DNA of 20,000 nucleotides. It comes from an uncultured virus (IMG/VR IMGVR_UViG_3300020183_000051). Its lineage: Duplodnaviria > Heunggongvirae > Uroviricota > Caudoviricetes. The translations under genes and the position numbers were made by a program. Below are positions 1-8,486 of this stretch, piece after piece; position 1 is the stretch's first letter; each line of letters starts with the position of its first letter. The DNA is taken from IMG/VR virus record IMGVR_UViG_3300020183_000051; one strand, written 5' to 3'. Under the pieces are notes generated by a model. The model saw only the letters and a list, made by a program, of their open reading frames with translations, made no database searches and was not told where the DNA came from.

Positions 1-186
1 TCCGACATATGATGCCATGTCTATAAACATCATTCCAGGAGAAGCTTCACTAAAATCTTTATACGATTTAGGATAATATTGTTTTGCAAAATTTATTAAA
101 TTTTGTTTAATTTGATTAAAATCTCGACCGAGATATTTTACTTCTCTTGCCTGAGGTTTAAAATTTTTATCTAATATAGTTGCCAT
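1..186 (-). CDS. Baseplate wedge protein (T4 gp6 / baseplate J-like), N-terminal part, runs off window
   Basis: Hand-translated from ATG at 186: MATILDKNFKPQAREVKYLGRDFNQIKQNLINFAKQYYPKSYKDFSEASPGMMFIDMASYVG. The Y..RDF..IK..L...Y....DF...SPG...ID..SYVG pattern is typical of gp6-like N-termini, and it directly follows the gp25-like gene. Confidence 0.85.
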   Translation of the reverse strand, partial: MATILDKNFKPQAREVKYLGRDFNQIKQNLINFAKQYYPKSYKDFSEASPGMMFIDMASYVG

Positions 187-188
187 AA

Positions 189-602
189 TTAAATTCTATT
201 AGATTGTAATTCCAACACTAAATTATCCGATTCATTAGTTTTATTTATAATAAAATCTAAAGAAATGTATATTTTATATCCGTCAGTATTTTCCCTATCA
301 GATTTGTCAGAAATTATAATTTTCTCTATCGTGACCTCTGGTACCCAATATTTTATTTCTTCATTTATTATATTTTTTGTTATTTCGATTGTAGTTTCAT
401 CAATTTGTTCAAATGCTACATCATATAATTTAGTGCCGAATTGAGGAAACATTCGTCTTTCTCCTTTTTTAGTTTTTAAAAAATTTAAAAGATTTTGTTT
501 TACTTGACTGTTAGTATCGAACGTTTGTTGAAAATAACCATTATTACCTCTTGTAAAAGGCACTTCTAATCCGATAGGAGAATATGAGGAAGTTATAGTC
601 AT
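189..602 (-). CDS. Baseplate wedge subunit, T4 gp25 / GPW_gp25 family
   Basis: QVKQNLLNFLKTKKGERRMFPQFGTKLYDVAFE...EIKYWVPEV matches the gp25 signature (L.T..GER...P.FG..L...FE, W.P.V). Confidence 0.9.
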   Translation of the reverse strand: MTITSSYSPIGLEVPFTRGNNGYFQQTFDTNSQVKQNLLNFLKTKKGERRMFPQFGTKLYDVAFEQIDETTIEITKNIINEEIKYWVPEVTIEKIIISDKSDRENTDGYKIYISLDFIINKTNESDNLVLELQSNRI

Positions 603-1010
603 TTATAATCTTTTTTCTTTGACTTTCTCATCTACAGCTTTTAACAAAGAAGAGTAATTTTTTGTAAAAACAGAAGACAACGTATCAGGCAAGTTTTCAG
701 TATTATTTAAGACTGACGGCGTGGAATTTGTTATGGGAGATATTTCATTATCGTTAGGAATTTTGACAACCGTTTCATTCAAAATATCATTCAACACCGA
801 ATTATTTTTGATATACGTCTTTTTTTCTAAATTTGTCTTTGTTTCTTTTACACCTTTTGAAGCATCTAATATCTTTTTAAGACTTCCCTCGTTATTTTTA
901 GGTAAAGATAGGTTTCTTGAAAAGAACTCATTTAGTATTTGCGGCAATACAACTTTTAATTCCTCATTTACAGTTTCTTTTATCATTTTCTTAAATGTCT
1001 CAGTATTCAT
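603..1010 (-). CDS. Hypothetical protein in baseplate cluster, probable virion protein
   Basis: 135-aa ORF abutting the gp25-like gene. N-terminus FKKMIKETVNEEL...ILNE, C-terminal KNYSSLLKAVD, TATTTAT motif 5 nt upstream. Confidence 0.75.
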   Translation of the reverse strand: MNTETFKKMIKETVNEELKVVLPQILNEFFSRNLSLPKNNEGSLKKILDASKGVKETKTNLEKKTYIKNNSVLNDILNETVVKIPNDNEISPITNSTPSVLNNTENLPDTLSSVFTKNYSSLLKAVDEKVKEKRL

Positions 1011-1043
1011 ATATTATAAATATAAACTTATTTAAATAAACTA

Positions 1044-1865
1044 TTAAACAATTCTAGAGATGTTCGGAACCGAAGGCAAACTCGGAACCGAAGGCAAACT
1101 CGGAACCGAAGGCAAACTCGGAACCGAAGGCAAACTCGGAACCGAAGGCAAACTCGGAACCGAAGGCAAGCTCGGAAGCGAAGGCAAGCTCGGAAGCGAA
1201 GGCAAGCTAGAGTTTAATTTAAAATTGTTAATCATTTTAGGAATTTTAGATTTTAAATTTGAAGCTATCGTATTTTTCATTTTATTAAAGTTTGGCAAGT
1301 TGACTTTTGGTATCGGCGGTAAACTTGGTATCGGCGGTAAACTTGGTATCGGCGGTAAACTTGGTATCGATGGTAAACCTGGTATCGATGGTAAACCTGG
1401 TATCGATGGTAAACTTGGTATCGATGGTAAATTTGGTATTGAAGGTAGTTTGGGTATAGATAATTTCAAAACTGGTAACTTTGCCGATAATTTTGGCAAC
1501 GTAAAAGATGGCAATCGTGGAATTGGAGATTTTATAGAAACACTAGGTAATGAATTTAAAAGTTTAGATACGTTGGGTATTTTTATTTTAGAAATATCAA
1601 TTTTATCTGCTATAGATTTGAGATTGCCTGATATGTTAGGAACCTTAAATTCGGGTATCGATGGCAAACTTGGTATCGATGGTAAACTTGGTATCGATGG
1701 TAAACTTGGTATCGATGGCAAACTTGGTATCGATGGTAAACTTGGTATCGATGGTAAACTTGGTATCGATGGTAAACTTGGTATCGATGGTAAACTTGGT
1801 ATCGATGGTAAACTTGGTATCGATGGTAAACTTGGCGTTGATGGTAAATTTGTATATGTAGGCAT
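1044..1865 (-). CDS. Pro-rich (PSI/PSL/PSV)n repeat protein
   Basis: 273-aa ORF co-oriented with its neighbours, ATG 5 nt after the upstream stop. Three blocks of P-S-I-P-S-L type repeats separated by Lys/Ile/Pro-rich spacers. Confidence 0.75.
   Translation of the reverse strand: MPTYTNLPSTPSLPSIPSLPSIPSLPSIPSLPSIPSLPSIPSLPSIPSLPSIPSLPSIPSLPSIPSLPSIPEFKVPNISGNLKSIADKIDISKIKIPNVSKLLNSLPSVSIKSPIPRLPSFTLPKLSAKLPVLKLSIPKLPSIPNLPSIPSLPSIPGLPSIPGLPSIPSLPPIPSLPPIPSLPPIPKVNLPNFNKMKNTIASNLKSKIPKMINNFKLNSSLPSLPSLPSLPSLPSVPSLPSVPSLPSVPSLPSVPSLPSVPSLPSVPNISRIV
1065..1208. repeat. 18-bp tandem repeat x8 (cggaaccgaaggcaaact)
   Basis: Directly visible. Encodes PSVPSL/PSLPSL on the minus strand. Confidence 0.95.
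1309..1452. repeat. 18-bp degenerate tandem repeat x8 (ggtatcg[gc/at]ggtaaac[tt/ct])
   Basis: Directly visible. Encodes PPIPSL/PSIPGL on the minus strand. Confidence 0.9.
1654..1851. repeat. 18-bp tandem repeat x11 (ggtatcgatggtaaactt)
   Basis: Directly visible. Encodes PSIPSL on the minus strand. Confidence 0.95.
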
Positions 1866-1870
1866 ATTTT

Positions 1871-3634
1871 TTATTCTGCTAAAGATTGATCTATTACGTC
1901 AGACAATAAAACGGTCAATTCGGCAGGAGATAATGTCTCTCCAAATTCCTCTAATATATCGTTCATAGAAGACTCTATTTGAGATTCTGCTGCACTCACA
2001 GTTTCGTCATCAAATACAGCATCTAATCTTCTGCTACGACCTGTCCAACCGCCAGGAATTCCTGAAACCCCGATCTCACTGTCAATATTTTCTATTGAAA
2101 CAGGATTTACTCCATCGGTTATAGACTTTCCATTTGCTCCTGTCGCATATCCACCTCCTGTTAAAAATACTCTTCGGCTTAAACAGGTATGTAATCGATC
2201 ACGCAACGCACGGAGTTCTGTTAATTGAACAGGAACTTGAGTGTCTGATGGAGACGCTTCACCAGAATGAGAATGCGAATGTTCATAGTGATGAACGTGT
2301 TCTTCTAACCAACAACATAAATCATATAACCAATCCACCGTTGTTTGACCTAATAACGCTGGTTCATTGGTATTATTATATTCGCCTAAATAAATCGCGG
2401 GCGAATTTATCACAGTTTTTTGATTTGTAGTCAATACAATTTGATCGTGCGCGTCCACGGTGTATTCACTATCCGTGGTTATCATATATCTTTTCTTTGA
2501 AAAATGCATGGTTTCGTTAAACCTAGAAGCAAAAATTAATCTATCACTATGAATCACAATTTGATCTTTATTAAAGACCGGAGTTTTAAATTTTGTAGCT
2601 TCCGACGGAATAAACTTTAACTGTTCTTCTTGTTTATCTGTTGAAAAATATTTTTTATAACAAGTGGTTCTAAACTTTGAAACAGTAAGTCCGCTAGTTA
2701 TATGAATTGATGAACCATCGTTATTAATATCTTCAATCATGTATCCGCCCACATTTTTTTCATTTAATGAAGAAGAAATATCCGATATGGTATTTAAAAG
2801 TGGATGCAACGTCTGTTTTTTATCTTGCGTTAATGGACGTTGACGATTTCGGATTAATATCATCGGATTTCCGCCACCATGTGTATCTTTACCACTTTTG
2901 TAATCAGTATAGTTTCCCTTGTCATTGCTTCTGTTATCATCATAAGATCCCATCCTGATGCTTTGTCCAAATCTACTTTCAAATACACTGTCACCCTCGA
3001 ATCTTCTTAAATTTCTTATTCTTGAATTAAACCAAAAATAATTACCTAAAATTCCGTTAAAACTGTTCTGATTAGAATTTTTAGTAGAATCTAGCTTTGA
3101 TTCTGGTCCGGTTAACGTCACTTCTTCGTAAGACGTATTTCTAGATCTTTTTCCGTAAGTTTGTTCATATCTAAAATCCGCAGATGTATTAGAAAAATTT
3201 CTAGTATTTACTTTATTAGTATAATAATAAGTGTCAAATATTTTTACGACGTGTACTATTTCATTTAGAAGTGGAAATGTAGAAAATGAATTGTCTAACG
3301 GACAGGCCCAAATTAATTCAGATTGATCTTTTTTTTGTTGAGAATAACACAATCTTACTAAAACGCTGCCAATAACAAAATAAGAGTTATCTGTAGTTTT
3401 TGCTTCTTCTCCATTATAATTAATAGGACGATCTTGTGGATCGTTCATTTTTCCCATTTTTTCATTTTTAAACTTGGGATGAGAATCGTTTAAAAGAACA
3501 TCTAATACCAAACCCGGTTCAAACTGATAACTAAAAACATTTTCAACAAGATTTTTAGCATCTCTACGAGTATACAATAAGTTATAATCTTCGTTTGCCG
3601 TATTAACTACGTTATTATTTACAGTATAACTCAT
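1871..3634 (-). CDS. Baseplate hub / central spike protein (gp5/Vgr/gpV-like)
   Basis: 587 aa. N-terminal OB-fold-like segment (WACPLD...FPLLNEIVHVV...YY), EGDSVFESRFGQSIRMG, beta-helix-like QIVIHSDRLIF...VINSPAIYLG, His-rich apex HVHHYEHSHSH. Lies in the baseplate cluster. Confidence 0.7.
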   Translation of the reverse strand: MSYTVNNNVVNTANEDYNLLYTRRDAKNLVENVFSYQFEPGLVLDVLLNDSHPKFKNEKMGKMNDPQDRPINYNGEEAKTTDNSYFVIGSVLVRLCYSQQKKDQSELIWACPLDNSFSTFPLLNEIVHVVKIFDTYYYTNKVNTRNFSNTSADFRYEQTYGKRSRNTSYEEVTLTGPESKLDSTKNSNQNSFNGILGNYFWFNSRIRNLRRFEGDSVFESRFGQSIRMGSYDDNRSNDKGNYTDYKSGKDTHGGGNPMILIRNRQRPLTQDKKQTLHPLLNTISDISSSLNEKNVGGYMIEDINNDGSSIHITSGLTVSKFRTTCYKKYFSTDKQEEQLKFIPSEATKFKTPVFNKDQIVIHSDRLIFASRFNETMHFSKKRYMITTDSEYTVDAHDQIVLTTNQKTVINSPAIYLGEYNNTNEPALLGQTTVDWLYDLCCWLEEHVHHYEHSHSHSGEASPSDTQVPVQLTELRALRDRLHTCLSRRVFLTGGGYATGANGKSITDGVNPVSIENIDSEIGVSGIPGGWTGRSRRLDAVFDDETVSAAESQIESSMNDILEEFGETLSPAELTVLLSDVIDQSLAE

Positions 3635-4005
3635 GATATATCCTTAATTTTTATAGAACTATTATGTCCGGCTTTAATATTTTCCACTTCTCGCATTAAT
3701 TCTTCTCTTTCTGCATCAGTTATCATGGCTACTGATCCATCGCCACTTTCATTTTGCCTTAATAATATTCTTTGAATAACTGCCGCCAGTTTAACTAACT
3801 GTTCGTCATTTTTTACACCCACATCCATATAGTCCTTAATTAAAGGAACTATAATCATAGCATCATTAACCGTCTTAATTAAAGCCCGCAGTTCGCTAAT
3901 TAATACGTCTAACTGGTCCTTTTTTTCGTTTTGATTAACCACAATCTCTTTACATAAAGAAGAAAATGACTTTCCTTTATATATTTCAATATCTTGTAAA
4001 TCCAT
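3631..4005 (-). CDS. Hypothetical helical protein
   Basis: 124-aa ORF with ATGA overlap to the downstream hub gene and a TATTTAT motif upstream. Confidence 0.8.
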   Translation of the reverse strand: MDLQDIEIYKGKSFSSLCKEIVVNQNEKKDQLDVLISELRALIKTVNDAMIIVPLIKDYMDVGVKNDEQLVKLAAVIQRILLRQNESGDGSVAMITDAEREELMREVENIKAGHNSSIKIKDIS

Positions 4006-4029
4006 GATGTTTATAAATATATCACATTA

Positions 4030-4758
4030 TCAAGTTTTTTTTCGATTTTTCCATAAGTTTTTACGGTGGGTTATAGTTTTAGCCTTTCCTTTTAATTTTT
4101 TACTTATTTTGGATCTTCGGTTTTTTTCAATATCTTCCAGTGGAATTCCTAACGTCCAGCCTTTTATAGAAAAACGTTTTCCTTTCAAAAATAAATGTAA
4201 CCCGCCACTATCTATGTTATATTTTTTTCTAAAATCGTAAGGAGTTAAAGTCTCTAATATATCAAGATTTTTATTATAAAATGTATACTTTTTATGTATA
4301 TATCTATAGTTATTCTTTCCCAAGTGAGCAATTTTATTTTTTAAAGTTTGATCCGCCGTTTTGGGTTTGCCATACATATAAGAGTTTGGTCCTTTATTCG
4401 CCAAACTTTGTTTTTTTCTAGTCTGTTCGCTTCTGAAAGATTTTCCTGACCAACTTTTGAAATAATTACATAAATTCTCTATTCCATAATATTCTATAAA
4501 TGCAGATTCTAAGGCTAAAGCTTCTAACTCATTAACATTTTCGGTTAATTTTTCGTACAATATAGGAATGTTTTCGTCAATTAATTTTTTTATTTTATAA
4601 TATAATTTATAATTTGTTTTATTGGGAATTTTTCCTAATCTAACATCCTTTTCATGTTTATACATTCGGTTCTTACAACCTTTACCAACATAAAAAGTCT
4701 TGCCGTCAGAAGAATCGACAAGTTGATAAGCGTAATACTTATTATCAAATTTTTCCAT
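4030..4758 (-). CDS. Free-standing GIY-YIG homing endonuclease with NUMOD3-like DNA-binding repeats
   Basis: YYAYQLVD....TFYVGKG..NRMYKH (GIY-YIG), EALALESAFI (catalytic Glu helix), LCN, and RSEQTRKKQSLANKG (NUMOD3-like). Confidence 0.85.
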   Translation of the reverse strand: MEKFDNKYYAYQLVDSSDGKTFYVGKGCKNRMYKHEKDVRLGKIPNKTNYKLYYKIKKLIDENIPILYEKLTENVNELEALALESAFIEYYGIENLCNYFKSWSGKSFRSEQTRKKQSLANKGPNSYMYGKPKTADQTLKNKIAHLGKNNYRYIHKKYTFYNKNLDILETLTPYDFRKKYNIDSGGLHLFLKGKRFSIKGWTLGIPLEDIEKNRRSKISKKLKGKAKTITHRKNLWKNRKKT

Positions 4759-5608
4759 GTTCCATATATAACCTCGTTATTTTATCTTGATACTCTTTCA
4801 TTTTATTAATTACTTTGGTTATCTGCTGCGTTTTGCAAGAAGAAATTTCTCTAATATAAAGATATAATGCTTTTTTATTGAAATAATCTATTCGATCACT
4901 ATTTCTAAATAACTCCACAACGGCTTCCGCAATTTTCAAATCTCTTTTTTTAGAAAAAATATCATTTAAATTTTTTTCCCAATATTCTACCATCATCTTT
5001 ATAAACTGTTGTGTCTCTACATTTTTATAGTGAGAATCTTCAGATTGTAATCTTACCGTGTTTTCTTCATTTTCTTCGCTAATATCTACATGTTGATTAT
5101 ATCGCTTGTAATTGGTATTATTATGAAAAATTAAATAGTTTTTTGCTATTATACTAAAATATGCAAAAGCTTTTCCTTTTCCAGATTCATACTTATGCAG
5201 ATTTGCTACAAGATGAGATAAAGTTTCTTTTTGTACTTCTAACGGACCTACATCAAAATACGTAAATTTAAAAGTATTAAATATATTCTCTACCAATTTT
5301 TCCAAAGCAAATTTTATCTTAGTCTCAAAAATTTGATTTTTTATAAGATCGTCAACCTCGTTGTTGTAAGAAATAATTGCATCCTCAGTTTCTTTTGTAA
5401 AATACATTTTTCCTTTTCCTGAACGTTTTCTAACAACTTCGACCGGCTTAATATTGTTAGAACTAACTGAGTCGGTTATATTTATCACCTTAATTTTTTT
5501 TATTTTATTTTGTTTTTTAAAAAACTTTTTTGATTTTAAAAAAGACTTGGGTTTACTTATTTTACGCACTTTTCGCATTTTATTCTTCTTTAGTAGTTTC
5601 TTCTTCAT
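4745..5608 (-). CDS. Phage RNA polymerase sigma factor (T4 gp55-like late sigma), start uncertain
   Basis: MYFTKETEDAI...KLVENI...LHKYESGKGKAFAYFSIIAKNYLI resembles sigma region 2 of gp55-like factors. Preceded by a very Lys-rich N-terminal extension. Confidence 0.65.
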   Translation of the reverse strand: MKKKLLKKNKMRKVRKISKPKSFLKSKKFFKKQNKIKKIKVINITDSVSSNNIKPVEVVRKRSGKGKMYFTKETEDAIISYNNEVDDLIKNQIFETKIKFALEKLVENIFNTFKFTYFDVGPLEVQKETLSHLVANLHKYESGKGKAFAYFSIIAKNYLIFHNNTNYKRYNQHVDISEENEENTVRLQSEDSHYKNVETQQFIKMMVEYWEKNLNDIFSKKRDLKIAEAVVELFRNSDRIDYFNKKALYLYIREISSCKTQQITKVINKMKEYQDKITRLYMEHGKI

Positions 5609-5861
5609 AAATTTTAGTCCTTAAATCTTTGATAATTTTCAATATGTCAGAAAATACAAAACCAACTTCATCATCTTTTTCAAATATTTGTTTTTCATCT
5701 ACAAATTTTAACGCCTGATACGTTTCTTCAATTTGATTTTTATATCCTAAAATCCAAGCTTCGTAAATATCCACTTTAGTTAAATTTATACGAAATAACT
5801 TAAATAATATAATATTTCCAATTAAAGAAATTATAAACAATATAAGTAAAATATGATCCAT
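5580..5861 (-). CDS. Small membrane-anchored protein
   Basis: 93 aa with N-terminal hydrophobic segment ILLILFIISLIGNIILF, then FEKDDEVGFVF. Confidence 0.75.
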   Translation of the reverse strand: MDHILLILFIISLIGNIILFKLFRINLTKVDIYEAWILGYKNQIEETYQALKFVDEKQIFEKDDEVGFVFSDILKIIKDLRTKIYEEETTKEE

Positions 5862-5866
5862 TTAAA

Positions 5867-6004
5867 TTAGTATTTTTCATCGTCTGAATCGTCTTCGACA
5901 TATTCTTCTAGATAGTCTATCGACTCCAAAACATACTCCCAATCTTTTGTTTTGATTGATTTCTTTAATAATCTTAAAACCTCAGTTATATTTTCATCAC
6001 CCAT
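5867..6004 (-). CDS. Small acidic hypothetical protein (45 aa, not in ORF track)
   Basis: Hand-translated MGDENITEVLRLLKKSIKTKDWEYVLESIDYLEEYVEDDSDDEKY*. Fills the gap and ends 5 nt before the next ATG. Confidence 0.65.
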   Translation of the reverse strand: MGDENITEVLRLLKKSIKTKDWEYVLESIDYLEEYVEDDSDDEKY

Positions 6005-6166
6005 AATATAAACTATATATTAAAATCTTTTTCCAAAATCAATTATTTCTAAACAATCTAGAAAAAATATCATGCTTTCTAACGTTTTTATATTTAGCAT
6101 TAGACGCATTCAGATTTCTTCCTACAGTATTATGTAAACTTTTATTGTCAATAATTTTCTCTCCAA

Positions 6167-6967
6167 CTATATTATTTTTTTTTTGTCTTCCAAAAATATA
6201 ATGTTGTTATACGCCAATAACAAACAAATAGCCAACGGATCAAAAACTGATATTAATATAGAAATAAACCACTTTACTACTCTATCCATCGTTAAATTAA
6301 ATTCATCTGCCACAAATTTAAAGGTAATTATATCACTTTGTTCTCTTCCCGATAATTTAAACTGATTAATAGTCTCATTTAACTTAAAAATTTCATCGTT
6401 GGCATCTTGAATTTTTTTGTTTTCTCCCTCAATACTTTTTTCGTTGCTAGAAATTAACTCCACCGTTTGAGACTGTATCTCCTGTAGCTGAATAGGATTT
6501 CTAGCTATAAATATATTCGTCATCGCCTCACTCAATCTACGTTCCTGTGAGATCCGCAAATCTTCAAGACTTTTTATTCTCGATTTCGATTGTGAAATTT
6601 TATCAACATATGAGGTTTTCTTAGATTCATATATTTGAATTTTTTCCTCGTTAGCCTTATCTGCCAACGAAGACCGTTGATACGATGCACTTAAATAACC
6701 AAAGATACCCAATGACGTTATAAACATTAATACAATAACACTCAGTGTTAAATAAAACTTTAAAAGCCGGCGTGTGTCTTGCCAATATCTAAATAAATAA
6801 CTCGTCGCTACTAATTTACCTAACTCTAACGAAAATGCCATGATTATAGCCGATTGTTTAGAACCAGAAAATAACATCGCAATTCCAATTATAGAAAAAT
6901 ATGCCGCACACGCAGCAATAAATAATGAAGTAATTCCTACCAAATTTTTAAAATTAAACTTATTCAT
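6167..6967 (-). CDS. Multi-pass membrane protein with central coiled coil
   Basis: Three N-terminal hydrophobic segments (AAYFSIIG, LELGKLV, ITSLGIFGYLS), a coiled coil, then a C-terminal TM (ISVFDPLAICLLLAYN). May be frameshifted at an A10 run near its end. Confidence 0.8.
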   Translation of the reverse strand: MNKFNFKNLVGITSLFIAACAAYFSIIGIAMLFSGSKQSAIIMAFSLELGKLVATSYLFRYWQDTRRLLKFYLTLSVIVLMFITSLGIFGYLSASYQRSSLADKANEEKIQIYESKKTSYVDKISQSKSRIKSLEDLRISQERRLSEAMTNIFIARNPIQLQEIQSQTVELISSNEKSIEGENKKIQDANDEIFKLNETINQFKLSGREQSDIITFKFVADEFNLTMDRVVKWFISILISVFDPLAICLLLAYNNIIFLEDKKKII

Positions 6968-6984
6968 ATTTTATAAATAGTGTA

Positions 6985-7017
6985 AAAATAAAAAAACCCT
7001 CGATTTGATCGAGGGTT
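6985..7017 (-). terminator. Intrinsic terminator after Hsp20
   Basis: Minus strand AACCCTCGAT-CAA-ATCGAGGGTT, a perfect 10-bp stem followed by TTTTTATTTTT. Confidence 0.85.
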
Positions 7018-7041
7018 AAAGGTCAAATATAACCTTTATTT

Positions 7042-7521
7042 TTAACTAATATTAACCTTTTTCTTGTTGGAAATATTAGTCGGTTTTAACTTTTTTAACA
7101 CAATAGTTAATAACCCATTTTCAACTTTCGCATCAACTGTATCAGTATCAATATTTTCACTCAAACTAAAACTACGAACAAAACTACTATGCTTTAATTC
7201 ACGATACGAATTACATATTACATCGTTTGTGTTATTTTTTGAAACTTTATTTCCTGTAATAGTTAACACTCCCGTTTCTATCTCCACATTAATATCAGCT
7301 TTAGTCAAACCAGGAATACCAGCCTCTATAATCACCAAATTTTCGTACTCGGTCACATTTATCTTAGGATATGCACCCTTTTCAAAAAAATCTACCCCAA
7401 ATTCCTTGCCAAAATTCGGAGAAGTAGCTTTATAAAAATCATCAAAGATTTTATCAAAGGGTGTCAAAAATTCATCGCGAGATGTGTAACGAAATAACGG
7501 ATTGTTTTTTATAATATTCAT
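7042..7521 (-). CDS. Small heat-shock protein Hsp20 / alpha-crystallin family
   Basis: YPKINVTE...IEAGIPGLTKADINVEI..GVLTITG...SFVRSFSL...AKVENGLLTIVLKK. Confidence 0.95.
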   Translation of the reverse strand: MNIIKNNPLFRYTSRDEFLTPFDKIFDDFYKATSPNFGKEFGVDFFEKGAYPKINVTEYENLVIIEAGIPGLTKADINVEIETGVLTITGNKVSKNNTNDVICNSYRELKHSSFVRSFSLSENIDTDTVDAKVENGLLTIVLKKLKPTNISNKKKVNIS

Positions 7522-7619
7522 ATTTTATCTTTCTATTTATGTACTCCACATGGATATACATCTGTGCCAACCCAACATAGGTGTTGACATATATACATAT
7601 ATACCAAAATAATATTATA

Positions 7620-8282
7620 TCAAGAATTTTTAACAGAATTCCACGCGTCATATTCAACCCTACACGCCAAATAATCCGCATGGTGAATAATTCTAGGAAG
7701 ATTGCTTTTTAAATCATGATCATTATTGTAATTCTTTAAATAAGAAGTGTTCGCCTCATTATATAAACCATCCGACAACTTTATAGCCAAAGTTTCTCTC
7801 CAACTACACTTAATTTGATATTGCTGCAAAATATATAACGCCCTATCCGCAACATCCATATATTGCAAATTTGAATTAAATTTAAATGCCTCACCACGAT
7901 TTTTAATATACCAATCGTTATCCTGTGGCAAATAATACTCTCCCTGCTGCTTGTCACCCAACTTTCCTAAATCGTGATGCAACGCCGAAAACGCCAACTC
8001 CTCATCCGTAAAATCTATCGTAGCCCCCATCACTTCCCACAACTTCTTTACCCCCAAAGACGCCCGATATACATTATTAATATGATCCAAATAACCACCA
8101 ATATATGCATTGTGAAAATGTAACTTTGAAGAAGCCGGCGCGGTAATCAAACGCAATCCAAACTGATCTTCATCGTATAAATATAACAACCTTTCAAGTC
8201 TCTCTCCCGAAAATAAAGACTTTATTAAAGATAAAAAATTTTCGTAGTTTGTTTGTAATTCAACCTCAGTATATTCTTTCAT
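7620..8282 (-). CDS. HD-domain phosphohydrolase (YhaM-like)
   Basis: APASSKLHFHNAYIGGYLDH...ALHHDLGKLG...IIHHAD. Confidence 0.88.
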   Translation of the reverse strand: MKEYTEVELQTNYENFLSLIKSLFSGERLERLLYLYDEDQFGLRLITAPASSKLHFHNAYIGGYLDHINNVYRASLGVKKLWEVMGATIDFTDEELAFSALHHDLGKLGDKQQGEYYLPQDNDWYIKNRGEAFKFNSNLQYMDVADRALYILQQYQIKCSWRETLAIKLSDGLYNEANTSYLKNYNNDHDLKSNLPRIIHHADYLACRVEYDAWNSVKNS

Positions 8283-8316
8283 CCGCCCATATTAACTCAA
8301 TTCAATAACTATTCAA
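8283..8316 (-). promoter_or_regulatory. Putative sigma70-type near-leaderless promoter of the HD gene
   Basis: TTGAAT-N16-TAATAT-N6-ATG, the same 16-bp spacing as the early promoter family. Confidence 0.45.
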
Positions 8317-8317
8317 C

Positions 8318-8464
8318 TTATTTTAAATACAATAACTTTTTCTTTATAATATACGCCAACTCATTAATTTTAGCAAAATCAACGTCTCCATTCTTTGCCT
8401 TCTCAAATGAAATTTTTAAAATTTCTTCTAAAAGATCATCTATACTTTTATTGTTAGAATCCAT
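8318..8464 (-). CDS. Small hypothetical protein (48 aa, not in ORF track)
   Basis: Hand-translated MDSNNKSIDDLLEEILKISFEKAKNGDVDFAKINELAYIIKKKLLYLK*. Confidence 0.55.
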   Translation of the reverse strand: MDSNNKSIDDLLEEILKISFEKAKNGDVDFAKINELAYIIKKKLLYLK

Positions 8465-8486
8465 ACAAATTATTATCAAGACTTAA

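Noticed and set aside
1065..1851. Tandem repeats as a CRISPR array
   Set aside because: The units are contiguous 18-mers with no unique spacers, lie in frame within a CDS, and no cas genes are present.
1060..1968. 302-aa plus-strand ORF with collagen-like Gly-X-Y repeats (GTEGKL, GIDGKL)
   Set aside because: It is the antisense shadow of the Pro-X-X gene: periodic CC gives periodic GG. It opposes all neighbours and overlaps the hub gene, whereas the minus ORF fits the operon spacing.
6167..6169. TAG recoding (genetic code 15), considered because theta ribozymes are linked to recoded phages
   Set aside because: All recognisable genes are intact in the standard code with high coding density, and TAG readthrough here gives only a short extension. 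Recoding elsewhere in the genome cannot be excluded.
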